Positions 1-12,959 of a stretch of 64,000 nucleotides of DNA are shown here, one piece after another (positions within the stretch are counted from its first letter, which is position 1; the number at the start of each line of letters is the position of its first letter). The position numbers were made by a program, and so were the translations under genes. Source of the DNA: Nymphaea colorata. Its lineage: Eukaryota. Under the pieces are notes generated by a model. The model had not been told where the DNA came from, made no database searches, and saw nothing but the letters and a program-made list of their open reading frames with translations. Location: the NCBI RefSeq assembly GCF_008831285.2, contig NC_045138.2, forward strand, positions 40,238,001 to 40,302,000. Reading direction: 5' to 3'.

Positions 1-367
1 AAATTAATTAATGCGTGTAGCCATGTATAACATAAGGAGACAAATTAACACTTGTTTAACCAAATGAATAAATGACTTGCACCAACAAAATTCTCTTGGG
101 TTAATAGGAAAAGTTTAAGCTAAACAAATAGTTTTCAATTGACTAAACGTAAACTTCATTTCTATTTTTTTTCCTAGCAAACGGAGATTCCCAAGTCTCC
201 TTAAGAACAACAAGAAAACTTTGTTGCATCAATTATTCTAACATTGTAGGTCTCTCCTTTTTACGTAGCTAGGTTTGGTGGATTCTTTCACCTCAGTGGC
301 TCTTGGGTTGGAAAAACCTAAAGCGCAAGGAAGTTGGAGCTATGGGGATACCTGTTCATCTCTCTAG

Positions 368-413
368 AATGGGTAGGACTATATATATATATATATATAT
401 AGTCCTACCCATT
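368..413. repeat. Perfect 46-bp palindrome centred on (AT)10
   Basis: AATGGGTAGGACT-(AT)10-AGTCCTACCCATT. Confidence 0.95.
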
Positions 414-2037
414 TAATTGGACCCAAGTTGGCTTAAATCCAATTATAAATTAAAGATGCACGGCCCCACAGTGACCCCACTGCCCTTAGCAAGACATTGA
501 TCGGATTCACTTTCTCAGCAAAATTTTTAATGACCCATTTAAGCTGATTGTAAGCAACTAGGGTTCTAACAAAAATCCACAAAAATATTCTCCCAATCCG
601 TTGAGTAGTTTGCAAATATGGGTCAAACTTGGAACTTTGACCCATATTTCACCTTAGAAACCCCACTTTGCCGTCGTCGCGTAACGTGTTTGATATCTCG
701 AAAGTAATGAAATGAACTTAATTGTCTGTACATGTTGTAAAAGACAATATTCCCCTACTTGGTATTTCCCAAAAAAGTCATCGTTTGTAGGAAAGCCCGG
801 AGGTCCTGCCGCCATCCCAGGCATTCCAAAACCTGCAGCAGAGGAACGTTCACATCCTTCTCCTCGCACTTCTCTGACGGCCGGAAACGGACGCTACTAA
901 ATTCTTCATGCATAGAAATTTAGTTTGGCGCTTTCTTGACGGCCGGAACCGCCAGAGACAAAGCAGAAGTCTTCCATCTGCCGCCCGATGAACAGAGGCC
1001 ACGCTAATTACCACATATCATTTTTATTTTAGCAGCAAACAAGTGGTGGGCCGTGTGCCCTTAGCCCCAATAAATCTATCTAACCTATTCTCATGGTTAT
1101 GGACCACGGATATAAATATATATATATACAAAAGGAAGATCTTCAAATGCAGTGTCCACGGCCGATCGAAATGCCAAACTAAACTGGGCACGAGAATTGT
1201 ACCTTTTGATCTATAAATTAAACCTTAAGGAGATATACAAATTGAAACTTTGAACTTCCTTTCACTCTCGAATCTTATTTAATTGCTTCTACATTTAGTA
1301 CGTCGGGATCTATTTGTGCTATATGGTTCCTTCATGGGTTGTTTGGCTGGATTAACATTTCATTTCTATCTCGTCTCAAAAAGTAGAGCAGATTCATAAA
1401 ACACTATAATAAGTATTTTACGAATCTGTTCTACTTTTTTTAAGTAGAATCATGAGACAATAACAATAAGTTACTGTTGCCAAACGATCTCTCATGGTAT
1501 AGAAGTCAAAAATAAATAAGTGTAGGTCAATATATGTATATCATAAGTATTGTTATAGGTTGGTATGGATTTTAATGGATCCAATCTGATTGGAACCAAT
1601 TACCGGTAAAACAATTCATATTTCGTAATTGAATTCACAATTATGAAGTCTAAGATCCAAGCACAGGTCACATGTAATGATATAATTCTTTTGCTTGTGC
1701 AAATCGAATAGGAATTCACTTTTATAATTAGTTTCCAGTCTAATCTGACTTATATTGCAAGGAAGTAGAGATTAAGTGTGAAGTGTGTGAAGAGGGGATC
1801 TGACACGAAAAGAAACGGCGCTCCATGGCTCCTTACATGTTGGTGTGAAATATAAGATTTTGGTTGGGTTTGGTGTGCCAACAAAAAGACCGTGTTTGTT
1901 TGTCGGAAGCACTCGCTTTTCCTGTTTACCTCGCAAATTTAATTGGGTCGTCGCAGTAGAAACGAGGAGTCTCGATCGAGTCTTCCAACTCCTTCCATGG
2001 CAGAGACGGAACGGGGAAGAAGGTGGTCGCGTTTTCT

Positions 2038-2045
2038 TATATAAA
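2038..2045 (+). promoter_or_regulatory. Putative TATA box of GDSL copy 1
   Basis: TATATAAA about 110 nt upstream of the ATG at 2148, followed by a pyrimidine-rich leader. Confidence 0.55.
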
Positions 2046-2147
2046 GGCGACAAGCCAACAGCCCCCTTCACCACCTTTCTCCGTCATCCACAGCTGCCAG
2101 TTTCTCTTCCTCCTCCTCTCGTCAGTTATCTTCCATTGCGTCAAGAA

Positions 2148-5100
2148 ATGGAGAGACGTTCCTTTTCTTTTCCCCACGCCCTCTTCCTCCTCCTCCTCCT
2201 GTTGATTGTGTGTGAGCTGCCGGCGCTGGTCTTGAGTTCCGGCGCGGGCAAACAGTTCAACCATTCCGTCCCCGCGCTCTTCGTCTTCGGCGACTCGACC
2301 GTCGATCCGGGCAACAACAACAACTGGCCCACGCCCTTCAAGGGCAACTTCCCGCCCTATGGCGCCAGCTTCCTCAACCAGGCCGCCACCGGCAGGTTCT
2401 CCGACGGAAAACTCACCACCGACTTTATTGGTATATGGTCTCTGTCTCTCTAAAAGAGTTCTAAGCAAGTCTCGAATTCGTTGTCTTCAAGTCATCTTTT
2501 TGAACGTTAGTTTTGTTTAACATTGATGTTTCCTGACGATTATGAATGAAAAATTGATTGAACAGCGTCGTACTTGGGGATCAAAGAGCTGGTTCCTCCC
2601 TACATGAATCCTTCGCTTGAACAGCACGAGATGATGACCGGCGTCAGCTTCGCATTCGCCGGCTCCGGCTACGACCCAATGACCGCTCATACCAGCGTAA
2701 TCTCTCTCTGTTACCTATATATAGACTAAGTGAACCATTAATCTGGTTATTAAAGTCACCCAACCATCGATCTAAAAAGCAAACCAATGGTTGAGAGAAA
2801 AATAAAAATAAATTATATATAAATTTTTGTTTTTTTTCTTAACCGTCCATTCTATTATATTTGGATAGTGCAGATTAGATGACAAGATGATGATTCTACA
2901 GTGATTCAATTATATATATATATATATAGTTTTCCTCCATCATGTTGACATTAAATGGTTGGATATATAAATATATATATATATATAAACCGACAATTCC
3001 TTCTTTACATCAATTTGATGTTCTCTGGCTAGAAGGGCGGAGCTAGATGTTGCCCTTGAATCATGTTCCTTTCATTAACGTAGAGGTTGCAGTTTGAAAG
3101 AATCAAAAGATTTGCATCCTTGGGGCTTGCAAACGGCAACCAATACGTTCAAACTATGCTAAGATAATCTTGCAGCAATTGTTATATTTAATTTAGATTA
3201 ATTTTACAAAAAAAATATTTTTTTTGACGACCAACAAAGATTATGAATACTAAAGTACCCCAAAAAAGGGTAATAGCAATGTACTTTGAAGGGTCGTGCG
3301 TGCGAGTGAGCCCCAGGTTGACCGAGGGTGATGCACATTTAATGACAAGTGCTCTCACTCTTCAAGACCTGACCGACCGACTTGACTCACTTGGACTTAG
3401 TGAGCCCCGGTCTTAGTGTTACTATCAAGCAACTTAAACGATACATTTAGGAGTTTTGGCTAAGGAGCGGTCCTGATCGCCTCACTTAATAAGGTGGAAC
3501 GAGTGGCTCGAGACTTAACAGGCGCATCTTGACTTTGCCCCAACCACCACATCCATGTATACTTGTTATAGTTAGAAAACAAAGTTTGGCTATCCACCAA
3601 TCACGTTTACTATTATATAATTTCTAACATGATAAGTTCGAAAGCAATTAGGTAAGGCAAGATCTGTATATAATAAAATAGATTTAAAATATCCAGTATG
3701 TGCGCTTTGGTGGGTTATGTTAAAAGCAGTTTCCTTCAAGTGAACGTCAAAAAAAAAAAATCTCTCCTTCCATTTTTTGTCATCAAAGGGGGTGGGGGTA
3801 TTTTCGTCATTTACATCCCAAACATATAACCTCACCGCTGCTGCTCCCTGCCTCCCTAATTTGGTGTTTATTAATTTATGTATACATATAGACTCATATA
3901 TATATTTGACATCTATGTTTGCAACAGGGTGTGGTTTCTGTACCCCAGCAGCTGGACTACATGAAGGAGTGCGTGACGAAGATGGAGAATGCAGTTGGAA
4001 AGGCAGCAGCTGCCAAGATCATGGAAGACTCCATCTTCATAGTAAGCGCAGGAACGAACGACTTCGTTATTAGCTACCACCTCCTTCCCTTCAGGAAGCA
4101 AACCTTCACCCCACAGGAGTACCAACAATTTATTCTTGATCAACTTCGAGTCTTCCTCAAGGTACGTTACAGCGATTCATTGCTTGGTTTCATAACTAGG
4201 ACTTCAAAGAAGAAGGTCAATAGTCCAATACCAGGAGTATGATTCAGTAGTTGGCATAATGATATGAGTTCTTCCAACTCCTGCTAATTCAAACTTTTTA
4301 TCAGAATCTCAATGTAATCAACTGTTTCCATGTACTCGTAACTCTGATATTTATATTATCAATGCATTGCTGACTGCTTTTCTATTTATTTGACATTTTG
4401 ATGTTGGTTTCTAGAGGTTAATTTCTAAAGATGTCCACCTTCCAGGGGCTGTATGAACTTGGAGCACGAAGAATTGTATTTGCAGGGCTGCCTCCACTCG
4501 GTTGCCTGCCGGTTGTGATGACCACCAGCATTGTGGACGCATTGATCAGACAGTGCATCGACAGTCTAAACATGGAGGCACTCATCTACAACTCAAAGCT
4601 GCAGAATATGTTGAATGAGATAAAAGCCAATGAGCTAAAGGATGCAAGGCTTGCTTATGCAGACATTTATTTTACCCTTCTGGACGCCATAAAGAACCCA
4701 AGCAAATATAGTGAGTTACTGCAGCTTAAAAATGCTTCTATTTTAAGCTTAAATTATAAAAAAGTCTTTAAGATTATTAGTTGGTTTTGAATTGCGTGAA
4801 CCGCTTTTCAACTGAAGCAGAAAGGGAGCATTTTTGACCTGGGATCGTCTGAAGATTCGATCTCCTTAGTTTACTGTCCTCTGTTTTCAATCCTGGCAAC
4901 TACACAGTCGTGTAAAAGCAGGAAATTAAACAATTAGTCTTGTTACAAAAATTGAGCCAAACTAGGATGATTTTGTGATCCTTCTGCTTGTGTCAATTGT
5001 TTCTACAGGTTTCGAGGAGACGAAAAGAGGCTGCTGTGGAACAGGCTTGCTGGAAATGAGCTTCTTGTGCAATCCCGGCACACTAACCTGCCCAGATGTA

Positions 5101-5202
5101 TCATCATACGTGTTCTGGGATGCGATACATCCCACGCAGAAGATTTACTCTTTAGTCGCCAACACAGTCATCCAACGGGTTCTTCATCTGCTTTTACAAT
5201 AA
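2148..5202 (+). CDS. GDSL esterase/lipase (SGNH hydrolase), At5g45960-like, copy 1. Exons 2148-2430, 2566-2696, 3928-4161, 4446-4710, 5009-5202
   Basis: Hydrophobic signal peptide; block I FVFGDSTVDPGNNN; TGRFSDGK; block II GVSFAFAGSG; block III SAGTND; GLPPLGCLP; CCGTG; block V FWDAIHPT. All introns are GT-AG and phases join into one ORF (131-nt exon 2 and 234-nt exon 3 as in the other two copies). Confidence 0.95.
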
Positions 5203-7047
5203 AAATCTACCCTTTGTTTCTCTTCTTCGATCTCATATATATTCTTTCCTTCACAATTGGGGAATGCAGATGGAGAAAAAAAAAAAAAGCTGTAGGTAGG
5301 GGCTAGTGTTTCAGTCATCATTACCATTTTCTGCATTGCAGCTAAATGATTATTAAGGCGTCGCCAATTACCACAAAAGCATCTACTTCATGGAGCATCA
5401 ATTGCAGTGTGTAGCTATGGCATCTGTTGAATTAGTACATAGTTGCCAGAAACTGGAGTTGGTAAAGATTTCAAGTACTGTGGTACCTGGAACCACATTG
5501 AAATGGTTGTAAAGATTCTCAGAGCAAAGTTTCTAATAAATGGTGATATGTTTCAAGTTAACTGCAACGAACTTAAAAAATTGGTGATGCATATCCTTTC
5601 ATGAAAACACTTTTTAACATTGTGCACATATTCATAATTCAAGAAACAGCTGTGTAGTCTTTATTAACCAAAAAATGAGGTACGTAGAGAAAGAGAAAAC
5701 AGGGGACGTCCCAGCAGGAGGACCAATTATATGTCGCCGAGCAGAAGGGATCTCAGTCTCTATCCAACCTCTGCCATTCTATCAAAGAAGAGGAAATATG
5801 AGTCACAGAAAGTAGATGACGTACCTCTAAGCTCATAAAAAGTTGGCCGAAATTGGTGACAAGCCTCTAAAGGAATTCATATGCTTGATCATCGTTGGAA
5901 AGAAAACCACTGCAAGTTTTTTCTTAAATTGCTTCCTTTTGAAGAAGATACAGTGAAATTGCTACCTTTTAGTTGAAAGATTTCGTTTGATCAACATAGA
6001 AGTGGTTTCTCAATCGGCAATATAGAAGTGGTTTAACAAAAAAGAAAATCGCTGGTGCTTGATCTCTTGGCATAATCTGGCTGGCACCTGCAGAACCTTA
6101 GATTGCCTACACAAAAAGAAAATCGCTGGTATCTTACCGTTCTTTGAACAGTAGACATGAATTGGGATAGGTTCACGGAAAATTGCAACCTAATGAGTTT
6201 GAGATCTATTTGAGCTTCGACCTGGCACATCATCTTTGACAAACACTGCGCCAAGCCAAACCTGAACTTGGTACATTCTTGCAACTTAATGGGCCGGTTA
6301 ATATTGTGGCAAGCTAGATATGAACCTAGTTTAAGTCATGAGAACAATTTATTGAACCAGGCCCAAATTCGTTCCTTACCTCTACGTCATAAGTAGTTTG
6401 AATGTTATCCCTTATTGTTAGTTTCATATCATCCTCTGCAATACCCCTTCTGCAAGACGACCAAAGGCATAACTGCCAAAGCAAAACTAGATCTGTTTAG
6501 CTAGATTAAGTAAAAAAAGAAAGGGATTGCTTGCTAATCGTTCTCGGATTTACCAAGTTTAAGTACATGATCTGACATCCAATAAGGATTCAACTATAAA
6601 AATATGATCATATCTGTCGGGAACTACATTCATTTCAAAAAAATAATTCAAGTTTGAAAAGGCGTCCAACTCCTAATCCAAGCAAGGAAGATCTGTCTAC
6701 GTCGAATATCCAATTCCATCGTGAACCAGTTACATCCCTACTTAATTGTCAGATCTTGTTCAGAACACCAACTAAATCAAATTAGTATCGGTTGTTAGTG
6801 TTTCAGATTCAGATTCGGCTATAACAAATCCAGTCATGGCCTCATATGATTGCAGTCGCGCCATTGAAGTTCAGTAGGCAGAAGCAACTATTCAAGCAGC
6901 TCTGAACCTCTGATGTAATTATTTATAATTGCAACAGGGTCCCACTCTAAAAGAAAAAATGTTCCTTAAAATTATAAATTGGCAGAGAATAAAAAAAGAG
7001 AAACATTGGCCGAGCTTTATATTATGGCATTTCACTACTCTTATCCT

Positions 7048-7084
<37 letters not shown>

Positions 7085-7111
7085 CCGTGGTTGAGCAAAA
7101 GGAAAGTACTG

Positions 7112-10100
7112 ATGGCGACCAGTTCGCTCTCTGTTCTTCCTCATGGCTATCGCCGTCACTCCCATGGCGTCTTCCTTCTCTTGTTGTTTCTCTGGCAGCA
7201 GCAGCTTCTCTGGAGCTCCGCCGGGGCGACACAATTGAATCACAGCCTTATAGATCAGCTGAACATTTCCATCCCTGCGCTCTTCGTCTTCGGTGACTCG
7301 ACAGTGGATCCAGGCAACAACAACTACCTGCCGACGGCATTCAAGGGCAACTTCCCACCTTACGGGTTGAGTTTCAGCAATCACATCCCAAGTGGGAGGT
7401 TTACTGATGGAAAACTTGCCACCGATTTTCTTGGTATTCACTTTCTCTGTCTCTCTCACTCTTTCTGTCTCTCTGGTTTTAATTTTTTGCCTGTGTTTGG
7501 AAAAAATGGAACAGTTTCCTACTTGGGGATCAAAGAACTTGTGCCCCCTTACTTGGATTTCACACTTGGTGTGCATGATTTGCTGACTGGAGTTAGCTTC
7601 GCATCTGCTGGTTCTGGCTACGACCCATTGACAGCCCAAAGCACTGTAAGTCCGTCCCTCTCCCTCTGTCTCTCTTTAGATTGAGTGAATGTCACGAGTT
7701 CGTCTTCATTTTACGTAAAAGACACGCGCCAGAACACAACAAAAGGAGACCGATGAAGCAATGTAGTTCTTTACGCTTTATTTTCCTTTTTATCATTTCT
7801 ATATGTCTCCAAGAGTAAATCTTCGGCTGCGCTAAAGGATAGGCACGAATTAGGTGCTCTGTCCATTCCATGCAAGTTACGCTACACGCCATATGGGTTC
7901 GTCACTTTCAAAATGAGTACTATTCCATGATTTCAGACAAATCAAGCGCCGTTATCACGGATATTATACTTATCTTACTGTGACCCATCATTATTTTGTT
8001 AGGATGGTACAAAAATGAACCTGACGTCATGGCGATCTCTAACTTATGATTCTTTCTCTTTTTTTCTTTGAAGTTTTGACAAATGGGTTCTTAATAAGGT
8101 TACGGAAAACAATGATTTTTAGACTAAAAAATGAGAAAGGAGAAGGGTTGATGGTGCATTAGAGGGGCTTACTTTGAAGTTTGAGGGATTGTGCTAGGAG
8201 AAATGAAAAAGGAAGAGTCGACTTGAATTTTTTGGTAATAAGTATAAAAGAATCCTGTTAGGCAGCAGTTTCTGGTTGATTTTCCAGATCGATCGGTCGC
8301 CATCTTGCTGTGTTGATCTCCGGCCGGCCGGCCGGTGGCAGTGGTGCAGCAGAGAGGTCTGCAGTTGCTTTTTCCCTACTGTAGATTGGAATCCTGGAAA
8401 CTTTCTCTCTTCGTTGCCCACGTGAACTACATTGGAATTTTGCGGTCTGTCATTTTTCCCACTCCCAGAGCTTCTGAGGAAGATTCCTAGCAAACGGCCC
8501 TTGTTATGGCGAGAGAGCGGCTTTTATATTATCTTGGGATGCGGTTTCCCTCGATGGAAGTCATGCCTTTTCTCCGTAGCGTGTCGCACGAGTTGCGGTT
8601 CGATCAAAATTTTCATTGAACCACGACCAGGATGTCAAATACTTTGATTTTGAACAGCTCCTCCTGTTCCAGCAGTCCCTTGTAAATGTGATCATAACGA
8701 TGCGATCTATGACACAAAAACCAGGTTTTTGATGGTTCAAAACTGACGATCCGAACTTTTCTCATGGGTCCTACATCATTATACAAGCATTAATCTTTGG
8801 GATGAGTAGAAGCTGCCCTAAAAAAGGTCAAAGCCCTGCCTTTATGGGATCCTGATTTGTTTAGAGACTTTGGTTCTCATAATACACTCGTTAACTAGAG
8901 TATTACATTGCCACCATTTACAGTAAAAAAAAAAAAGCGCTTGCAGAAATCAAAATAACAATCAATATGGTACGGTACTCGACTGAGGAACTATACCAAA
9001 CGGATGAACAACAATTTTGTACTAATCAAACTATTCACATCAGAAGGATGTACTTAATCAATTTTCATAATTAGTTTGGATTTTAGGTTGGATGTTGATC
9101 AGGTGGGTACCAACTTCATAGTTCATTGCTATTTGATAAGAATGGAGGCTGTTTGGGTTGGATCAGTTAAATGTGTCTAAAATTTGATTCGGCTGTTCTC
9201 ATACAGCCCAAAAAAAAAAAAGCTAAAATCACTTTTACATAATTAAGTCGCTCACTATAATTTGTGAGCTTGAAGGGGTATAGAGGAGCTGGTACTGATA
9301 GGTGTGAGAGCTAATCCATGGATGCTATAACCTTGAGTATCATGGTGTAAATTGTGATACCGAGTTGAAGCTATATTATAGCTCACTACGCCCCAATGTA
9401 ATTCTATAGAAGCCAGAGAAAGGAGAGAGGAGGGTCTCAGGCCTTTAGGCACATCTAGCGATGTCAGAGGTGATAAATCAAGCGCGTCCACATGGTGTGG
9501 ATGTTGGAGATAAAAATACGTGAAAGAAATTTTCACTTTGAATACTGTATCGTGATCACCAACATAAAATTGAAGTGAAATAGGCGGACCATGTATCAGG
9601 AAAATTACAACACACCAGAAATTGGAAAACATATGGTCTATTTTTATAATTATGGTCAAATTTCTTGGCCCACAGACACTGAATTTCCCCAGAAGAAAAA
9701 AAATTGAGCAAACGCCATGAGACCTGGCATCTGTGACGTAAATGGGGTCCTCGATGCGGCGCCTTTGTACCTTTCCCAGACAAGCCAGCTGCACTCTGTT
9801 CTTGATGGGTCCTAGAAGAAGAGAACCCGTGATACCACTAGACCTTCCTTTTTAGCTCTTTTATGTGTGTATGTGGATATGTGTGTGCATATACAAAGAG
9901 AGAGAGAGATAGTGGAAGATGAAGTAGAAGAAGAAATCAACACCCACTCGGAACTATTGTTTTCTCTTCGTACAGGACATCAATTTCTAGTCTCACGTTC
10001 TAGAAGCATTGCCTCTGTGATTTAATGAACCTAGTGCGAACCAGGACCCTTGTGTCTCTGACAAGGCCTTAGGAGCGTAAAGCAAATGGCCAACTGCATG

Positions 10101-12088
10101 TGTTTCTGCTGTCAAATTATTCATCACAACCTGCAACCCCGTGAAGTCTCGTCAGTATTTCCATGTGTAGTAGACGTTATTATTCAGTACTGTTCACGGA
10201 GACGTACATAGCAAGAACTTTACCTACATGAGATTTGATCTGGTGACCTGCCCTTTTTCCTACTAATATGAATATAAAATATGTTACCATGTCATGGTTT
10301 GATCTGCAATATGTCTAAACTCTGATATTTTGGAGATTTCTGTATGAATTAGAGTGTGCTTCCAGTAAATCAGCAGCTGAACTATATGAAAGACTGCTTG
10401 GCTAGAATGGAGAGTGCGGTTGGGAAGGCAAGAGCTGCCAAGATCATGGAAGAATCCATTTTCTTAGTAAGTGCAGGAACAAATGATTTCGTCATCAGCT
10501 ACTTCCTTTTTCCCTTAAGGAGGCGTACGTTCAACCTAGAACAATACCAACTGTTCATAATAGATCAACTCCAAGTCTTCATTAAGGTGCGTGCAATGAT
10601 TTCCTGATTGGTTTCACTGTTAGAAAAATAAGTTAAAGATCATTTTGCCATCCTACTTCACACATTCGTAACCCAAGGATCAGGGGATTTTAACTTTGGT
10701 AACACCGTAACTGAGATAATTTGTAGAACAATTAAAATATCATCGTTATGTGTTTCTACTTTCTTGTCAGTGTGTTGTAGAGTGCCTGATTCAAGTCAAG
10801 GACCAATAAGCCAAGTAGTTTGCGTTCATTTGTTTTAAGATGCTACTATTTCATTTTCTTCGCTCTGTTGTTAGGACAAAACAGAGGAGCGACCTACCAT
10901 CCTTTAGTTTGGTCTAGGAACCTAGTGCTTTTCACTATTAAGTTTGTTAGTCAAATATATACTCCCTATGTACTTTTAAGAATAAACAAACTACCAAGTC
11001 TCTTCGACATCCCTCACTTTTCCAATTCAACAATAACAGAAAGATATGTGCTTTCCAGGGGCTATATGATCTGGGAGCGAGAAGAATTTTATTTGCAGGG
11101 CTTCCTCCACTCGGCTGTTTGCCCATAGAGATGACCATCAATTTTGCAAATGCAGTACTCAGACAATGCATTGACAGTCTAAATTTGGTGGCTGTCAGTT
11201 ACAACTCGAAGCTCCAGCATATGCTAAACAAGGTGAAGGAAAGCGAGTTAAAGGATGCAAATATTGTCTATGCAGACATCTATGAGCCTTTGCTAGATGC
11301 CATAAAGAACCCAAATAAATACGGTAAGCTAATACAGATGCAAGCAGCTTCGTGCTTAGATTATCAGCCACCCTATCACAGATCAATTTGTAACTTTGTG
11401 ATAGTTATCAGCAACGCATCGATGAGTATAAACCTCAAACTAAACAGTGGGGCTGATTCCATAGAAAGAAAAAGCCAATTACCCCTTACTGGATCTAGAT
11501 ATCTTTTACTTTACTTTCCTGTTTCTCCCACCTGAGAGTCATTGGCTGTAGATATTGTTTCTTAGTTTTGCTCTTTACATCTTAAGAGCTTTCTTCGTGC
11601 ATGCACTAAATTGTCCGTTTTCACATGATTGGAGCTATTACTGCCTAAAAATGATGGCGTACACTAGTTCACAGTCTAATCACTCCCTGCTTCTTCAGTT
11701 AATAAAGATGCAAAGTGATTATTTCATGATTCTGGTTCTTACATATTCTCATGCCTTCAAGCCTTCAATTGTCATCCCGTAACTGTGTTTCGAACAGTTC
11801 AAAATAAACTTTGTTGATGAAATCAAATAAGCCTATCATTTAATTTCATCTGTGTATATCTTACCACTATTCTCTGCATTTGCTAATCTTTCTGCAGGTT
11901 TTAAGCAGACCAACGTAGGTTGCTGCGGAACAGGCCTGTTGGAATTTGGCCTTTTATGTAACCCCAATACACTTGTCTGTGCTGATCCATCAACATATGT
12001 ATTCTGGGATGCAATTCACCCCACACAGAGGACCTACTCTTTGATTGCTGATGCACTCATCCAGCGAGTCCTTCATCTGATCTTATGA
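7112..12088 (+). CDS. GDSL esterase/lipase, At5g45960-like, copy 2 (tandem paralog of copy 1). Exons 7112-7433, 7515-7645, 10353-10586, 11059-11323, 11898-12088
   Basis: FVFGDSTVDPGNNNY, GVSFASAGSGYDPLT, SAGTNDF, GLPPLGCLP, CCGTG and FWDAIHPT present. Internal exons of 131/234/265 nt match copy 1; GT-AG junctions are in phase. Confidence 0.95.
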
Positions 12089-12646
12089 TATAGATCTGCA
12101 TTTCATCTTAATTGTCTAAAGTTCACTGTCGCTAGCAGCAGAATAGGAATATTTCATGAAAAAGACAAGAAAAATCATTGGGGTAGGAGACTGCTTTTCA
12201 GGAGTCATCACTACAATTTTCATGTTGCAGCCGAAGAAAGAGATGATCAACAGCCAGCCACTTAGCATATTGATACTGACACAGGAAATTTGTACTAGCT
12301 GCAATGAATTAAGATGTTATTTCATCAGCACAATTGCAAACTTGACATTTCAAAATAACGTGAAGGCTCAATTACGCTTTCCTTATGAATTTCAAAGTAC
12401 TTAATCACAAAGTTGTTGGCATCACCAAATGTACTTTTTTAACAAGGTAAACTTCAATAGTCAGAAGATTGAAGCAGTATGGAGGATCACTCAATTCAGC
12501 ATGTTGGTTTGAAGCTTGAATCTGACATTGGAGAATTCACATACACAAAATAGTTGAGTTGAACAATATACAAGAATCTTTATGAAAACAGAGAGGTAAA
12601 GTGGCCTTACAAATTCTTAATACATGCAGGTCATAAATGTTGAATG

Positions 12647-12936
12647 TGAAAAACCTCAAGAATATCATGAAAGAGAGAAAGAGAGGACACGAGTTTATAC
12701 TGAAATCTCTTCTCTATTGTATATGATTGAGAATACAACAAATATATGGAGTACAATTGATGAGAGGCTACAACAAAATAAGGCAAGATATAAAAACGTA
12801 TCAGATCCACAATTATAGGGGATTGACGTTTTTTATCTCTCGCTAATCAGATCCACAATTACAGGCTCCTAAATCTCTTGCCAATTAGATCCACAATTGT
12901 AGGCTCGTCAATCTTCATCCAAAACCTTCCTTAACA
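12647..12936 (-). repeat. 3' LTR of the Copia element
   Basis: 290 bp, TGAAAAACC...CCTTAACA on +, adjacent to the PPT; direct repeat of 17149-17438. Confidence 0.95.
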
Positions 12937-12959
12937 GTCTCCCGCAATCTGAACGGCGG

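Noticed and set aside
1845..2147. 101-aa N-terminal extension of the GDSL copy 1 ORF (and similar extensions at 6929-7111 and 29880-30011)
   Set aside because: Non-ATG starts; the extensions run through TATA-box or (GA)n leader sequence, and the signal peptides begin at the downstream ATGs.
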